From: an uncultured Deinococcaceae bacterium
GTDB lineage: Bacteria > Deinococcota > Deinococci > Deinococcales > Deinococcaceae
Assembly: GCA_964252075.1 (NCBI GenBank)
Contig: CAXULY010000025.1
Span: forward strand, 1 to 64,000
DNA: 64,000 nucleotides
Direction: 5' to 3'
Shown here: positions 61,133 through 64,000 of the stretch, in pieces
How the letters are laid out: every line of letters begins with the position of its first letter
Numbering within the stretch: the stretch's first letter is position 1
Position numbers and translations under genes: made by a program
The notes under the pieces: generated by a model
The model's database searches: none
Seen by the model: the letters and a program-made list of their open reading frames with translations, nothing else
What the model was told of the DNA's origin: nothing

Positions 61133-61384
61133 ATGACGGCCCCCCTTCGCCACACAGAGCGCCGCGTGCAGATCCTGCGCCTCCTCAGCCATGACCGGCC
61201 TCTCACCAGCATGCACGGCGGGGCGGCCCTCGACTGCTCCTCCTAGAACGCCAGCATCATCCTGCGCGACATGGCGGAGCTGAGCCTCATCCGGCGGCAG
61301 GGCCGTCAGCACGTCATGGCGGGCGCCGGGTAGCTGCTCCTGCAGGAGCACGAGCGCGCCCTGCGCACCCGGAGGGCCTCGTAA
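61133..61384 (+). pseudogene. Winged-helix gene interrupted by two in-frame TAG codons
   Basis: GGAGG RBS; MTAPLRHTERRVQILRLLSHDRPLTSMHGGAALDCSS*NASIILRDMAELSLIRRQGRQHVMAGAG*LLLQEHERALRTRRAS. TAG at 61244 and 61331. Confidence 0.6.
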
Positions 61385-61398
61385 ACCTCAATGTCGCG

Positions 61399-62159
61399 CA
61401 TGAGGCCAGCCGCTTCCGCCTCGCGCGCCTCGCGTACCAGCGCGGCGACCTCCCACCGGAGCAGTTTAGCGCCGCCGCCGTGACGGCCGCCCGCGTGATG
61501 CTGCGCGAGCAGCACTGGAGCTTCTTCCGCTGGTGCGTCCACCACCTCCGCCAACTCGCCCGGCTACCCCGCATGACCGCCCTGAACCTGGAGGCCCCCT
61601 TGACCTCGCAGCGCCGCAAAGGCCCCGCATCTCCCACGCCCGCGGTGTCCGGCCCCACCCCAACATCGCCGAGCGCCGCGCGCACCACCAGTACGCCGAG
61701 GACTGGTACCAGGCCATCCGGCACTGGCGCGTCGTGAACATCGACCTCCCCAGCCCCAGCGACGGCCGCTACAACTTCGACAGCGACCTGGAGTTGCTCA
61801 CCAGCGGCACCGGGCGAGAGCGCACCGTGGCGTACCTCGTCACGCCCTACCACCCCGGCCCCCCGCTCGGCGATGAGGAGTTCGGCTACCTCACCGAGCG
61901 GGAAGTCACGAGCGCGATCAACACCATGCGGCTCAGCCCCGACCACGAAGCCGAGGGCCTCGCGCGCTTCCTCGACCGCGTTCACAAAGGCATGGGCCTC
62001 GCCAGCCTGCTGCGCGAGGACGGCCGCTGGCACCAGCACCGCGACGCCGCCCTGTGGTACGCCGTGGCGGCGCTCAGCCTCGCCATCAACCTGCGTGACC
62101 CGCGTGCGGAAGCGCCACTCCGGTATGTGCGGGAAGTCATCGTTGGGCGCGCGCATTAG
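61399..62159 (+). pseudogene. Frameshifted hypothetical (phage-like) gene
   Basis: Protein-like frame EASRFRLARLAYQRGDLPPEQF...FFRWCVHHLRQLARLP switches near 61620 to the frame ...AERRAHHQYAEDWY...VIVGRAH. Confidence 0.5.
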
Positions 62160-62297
62160 CAGTTGCGAAAACGGCACAACTCGTGAACAATACGTGTAGA
62201 GTCGGATCAAAGTCGAAATCAGGAGGCGCCCGTTGGGGCGCCTTTCTCGTTCCGGGAGGTGCACCACACCCAACCCCAGAAGCCGTACGGTGGAGTC

Positions 62298-62735
62298 ATG
62301 AAGACCTGGATGCTGATGCTGCTCCTTATGGGGAGCGCGGAGGCGCTCACGCCGTCCCATTGGGTTTTGGACACCATCGAGCCCTACCCCGGCCCACGGC
62401 CCACCTACAACCTGAGTTACGTGACGAGCAAGTACGTGTACCGCGTCCAGCTGCCGGGACCGCCCAGCTCCAGCACCTACCTGACGCAGTGCGGCAAAGC
62501 GGTTCTCTTGACTTTGAAAGCCACGCCCTCGGCGCGCCTGCAAAACTATGGAAGCGAGGGACCGCAGGTGTTCTACTACGTTGACGAAGGGGTGTACACC
62601 GCAGATACGTACGTCAGTGCCCGAAACAGCCGTGGGGTCAGGGCGGATACGGCCTACACGTGCGATGGGGTGTACCAGGGAAACAGCCAACGCGGCACCC
62701 TCTACCTCGCGGTCCGCAAGGCGGAGGTTCCGTAA
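62298..62735 (+). CDS. Secreted hypothetical protein
   Basis: GGAG RBS, signal peptide MKTWMLMLLLMGSAEA, two Cys. Confidence 0.65.
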   Translation: MKTWMLMLLLMGSAEALTPSHWVLDTIEPYPGPRPTYNLSYVTSKYVYRVQLPGPPSSSTYLTQCGKAVLLTLKATPSARLQNYGSEGPQVFYYVDEGVYTADTYVSARNSRGVRADTAYTCDGVYQGNSQRGTLYLAVRKAEVP

Positions 62736-62801
62736 GAGCGCTCTTCCCCTGCCCTGATTAACGAGCCGTCTTGCCGGGGGCACTCTTGTACCCTAAAGCG
62801 C

Positions 62802-63005
62802 ATGAAAACCCTGCGCATCTATGTCATGGGTCAGGCAGAGCCCCTGCTGGTTTCGGACGCCTCAGACGAGCAGATCGACGCCCTCAAAGACGCGATGGCG
62901 GGGCAGCGGCGAACATTTACCTATACCAAGGGCGACACAGACGTCATCGTGTCGGCCGCCCATATTTTCAGGGCCACGATCACGCATTCCGGTGGGCGTT
63001 CCTGA
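62802..63005 (+). CDS. Small hypothetical protein
   Basis: 67-aa ORF with globular-looking composition; TACCCT shortly before the ATG. Confidence 0.55.
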   Translation: MKTLRIYVMGQAEPLLVSDASDEQIDALKDAMAGQRRTFTYTKGDTDVIVSAAHIFRATITHSGGRS

Positions 63006-63213
63006 TCACCCTCCGCCGCTCCACCAGCGATTCCGAACGACCACGCCCCGCCCCGTCGCGCACCGGCTGAACGGCCGGAAAGCGAGCCTTTGATGCACTG
63101 CTCCCCAGACACCCTCACGGCGGCGTCGCGGCATCACGCGCGCGGTTGACCTCACCTTTCCGGCGGTCGGGCAGCGCCCCTGTGCTCAGCCGAACCGCTT
63201 CTCAAGCTGGTCG

Positions 63214-63516
63214 TCATTCTGTTTTGTATCCCCTGAGCAGGTTTTCGAGCGTTTCCGCTGGATTCGATCCGACCGGGAGGAAGCCCCCCTCCGTCATCGG
63301 TTGGCCTGACGACGCGTCCACCCGGCGAATGTAGAACTCAGGTCCTCGCCAGGTTTTCGGCCGCTCTCCGATCTCCCACCCGAGGGCAAGTAAGACGTCC
63401 ATCGCCTGCTCAACATGGTCGTAGTGGTGCTCGTCTTCCGGATGTGCCGCATAGTGCCGCGCCCACCACTCGCGCCATTGCGCTGCACTCCGCGGTTCGT
63501 CCTTCTCTGAGCTCAT
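63214..63516 (-). CDS. Hypothetical protein
   Basis: GAGGA RBS, 100-aa ORF. Confidence 0.6.
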   Translation of the reverse strand: MSSEKDEPRSAAQWREWWARHYAAHPEDEHHYDHVEQAMDVLLALGWEIGERPKTWRGPEFYIRRVDASSGQPMTEGGFLPVGSNPAETLENLLRGYKTE

Positions 63517-63606
63517 GTCCTCAACCTCTGTCCTGGAGGCGCCATGACAGACACCCCAGGCCCACCGCTTCTGGCGGAGCCGGACGTCACTGAGACCGTG
63601 ATGGTT

Positions 63607-63930
63607 TCAACTCGCGTCCAGTGCTTGGCCAGCGCGGAGCAAGACAGTCGATGCGACACTCATGGGGTCGGGCACCTTGTGCAGCGTGGCTTTCGCAATC
63701 ACGTTTCCGCCCGCATCGCGAGCGACGAATTCGAAAAACTCACGGTTCGGCACACCTTGAATCGGTTCATCACCCATGTGTTCGACGTACGGGTTCGTCT
63801 GCTCGTGGAATGGATCTTCCCAGGTGAAGGTCGCTCCTTCCGCCATCAGCCGCTCCAGAAGCGCAGAGAAGCCATGACCACGGGTAACCTCCTGACGCCA
63901 GGACGCATTGAGCTGCTCAATGGTTTCCAT
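63607..63930 (-). CDS. Hypothetical protein
   Basis: GAGGG RBS, 107-aa acidic ORF. Confidence 0.55.
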   Translation of the reverse strand: METIEQLNASWRQEVTRGHGFSALLERLMAEGATFTWEDPFHEQTNPYVEHMGDEPIQGVPNREFFEFVARDAGGNVIAKATLHKVPDPMSVASTVLLRAGQALDAS

Positions 63931-64000
63931 CCCTCACCCTAACCCCGGAGGCACCCAGGGCGAAGTCCACGAATGCGCACGGCATCGCCGCCCGACCACC

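Overview
High-GC (about 70% by eye) bacterial chromosome segment that looks like Deinococcus. This rests on a homodimeric GlyRS with a T-box, a type II TrpRS, HAIR- and RDRM-like operators, and many genes with a -10 hexamer directly before the start codon. The species cannot be named from the sequence alone. Core genes are ftsH (partial), tRNA-Ser(GGA), glyQS, cysS, gyrB, dsbA/dsbB-type genes, uvrA, clpB, metY-metX and trpS. Accessory blocks: (i) 2.3-17 kb, a co-oriented glycan cluster (GT2, GT4, flippase, GT4, GT-C/AlgX-like fusion, glycoside hydrolase lipoprotein), then a lipoprotein subtilase coupled to a TPR/HD-GYP protein, with an AT-rich gene-free stretch upstream; (ii) 47.8-54 kb, a small ORF, a SARP/BTAD-STAND-TPR regulator, a lipoprotein subtilase and a lipocalin-like lipoprotein; (iii) 58.5-64 kb, a decayed, possibly prophage-derived patchwork of small genes. 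Signals the ORF track misses: leader-peptide attenuators before cysS (Cys-Cys) and trpS (Trp-Trp, start overlapping the upstream gene's stop), a T-box and a SAM-I riboswitch, an internal start site in clpB, a perfect 43-bp palindrome ending in HAIR half-sites, a 29-bp frameshifting duplication, and two separate TPR-sensor/subtilase pairs, one with a duplicated peptide in the protease prodomain. No CRISPR array, integrase or transposase was seen. All calls come from motif recognition by eye, with no database search.
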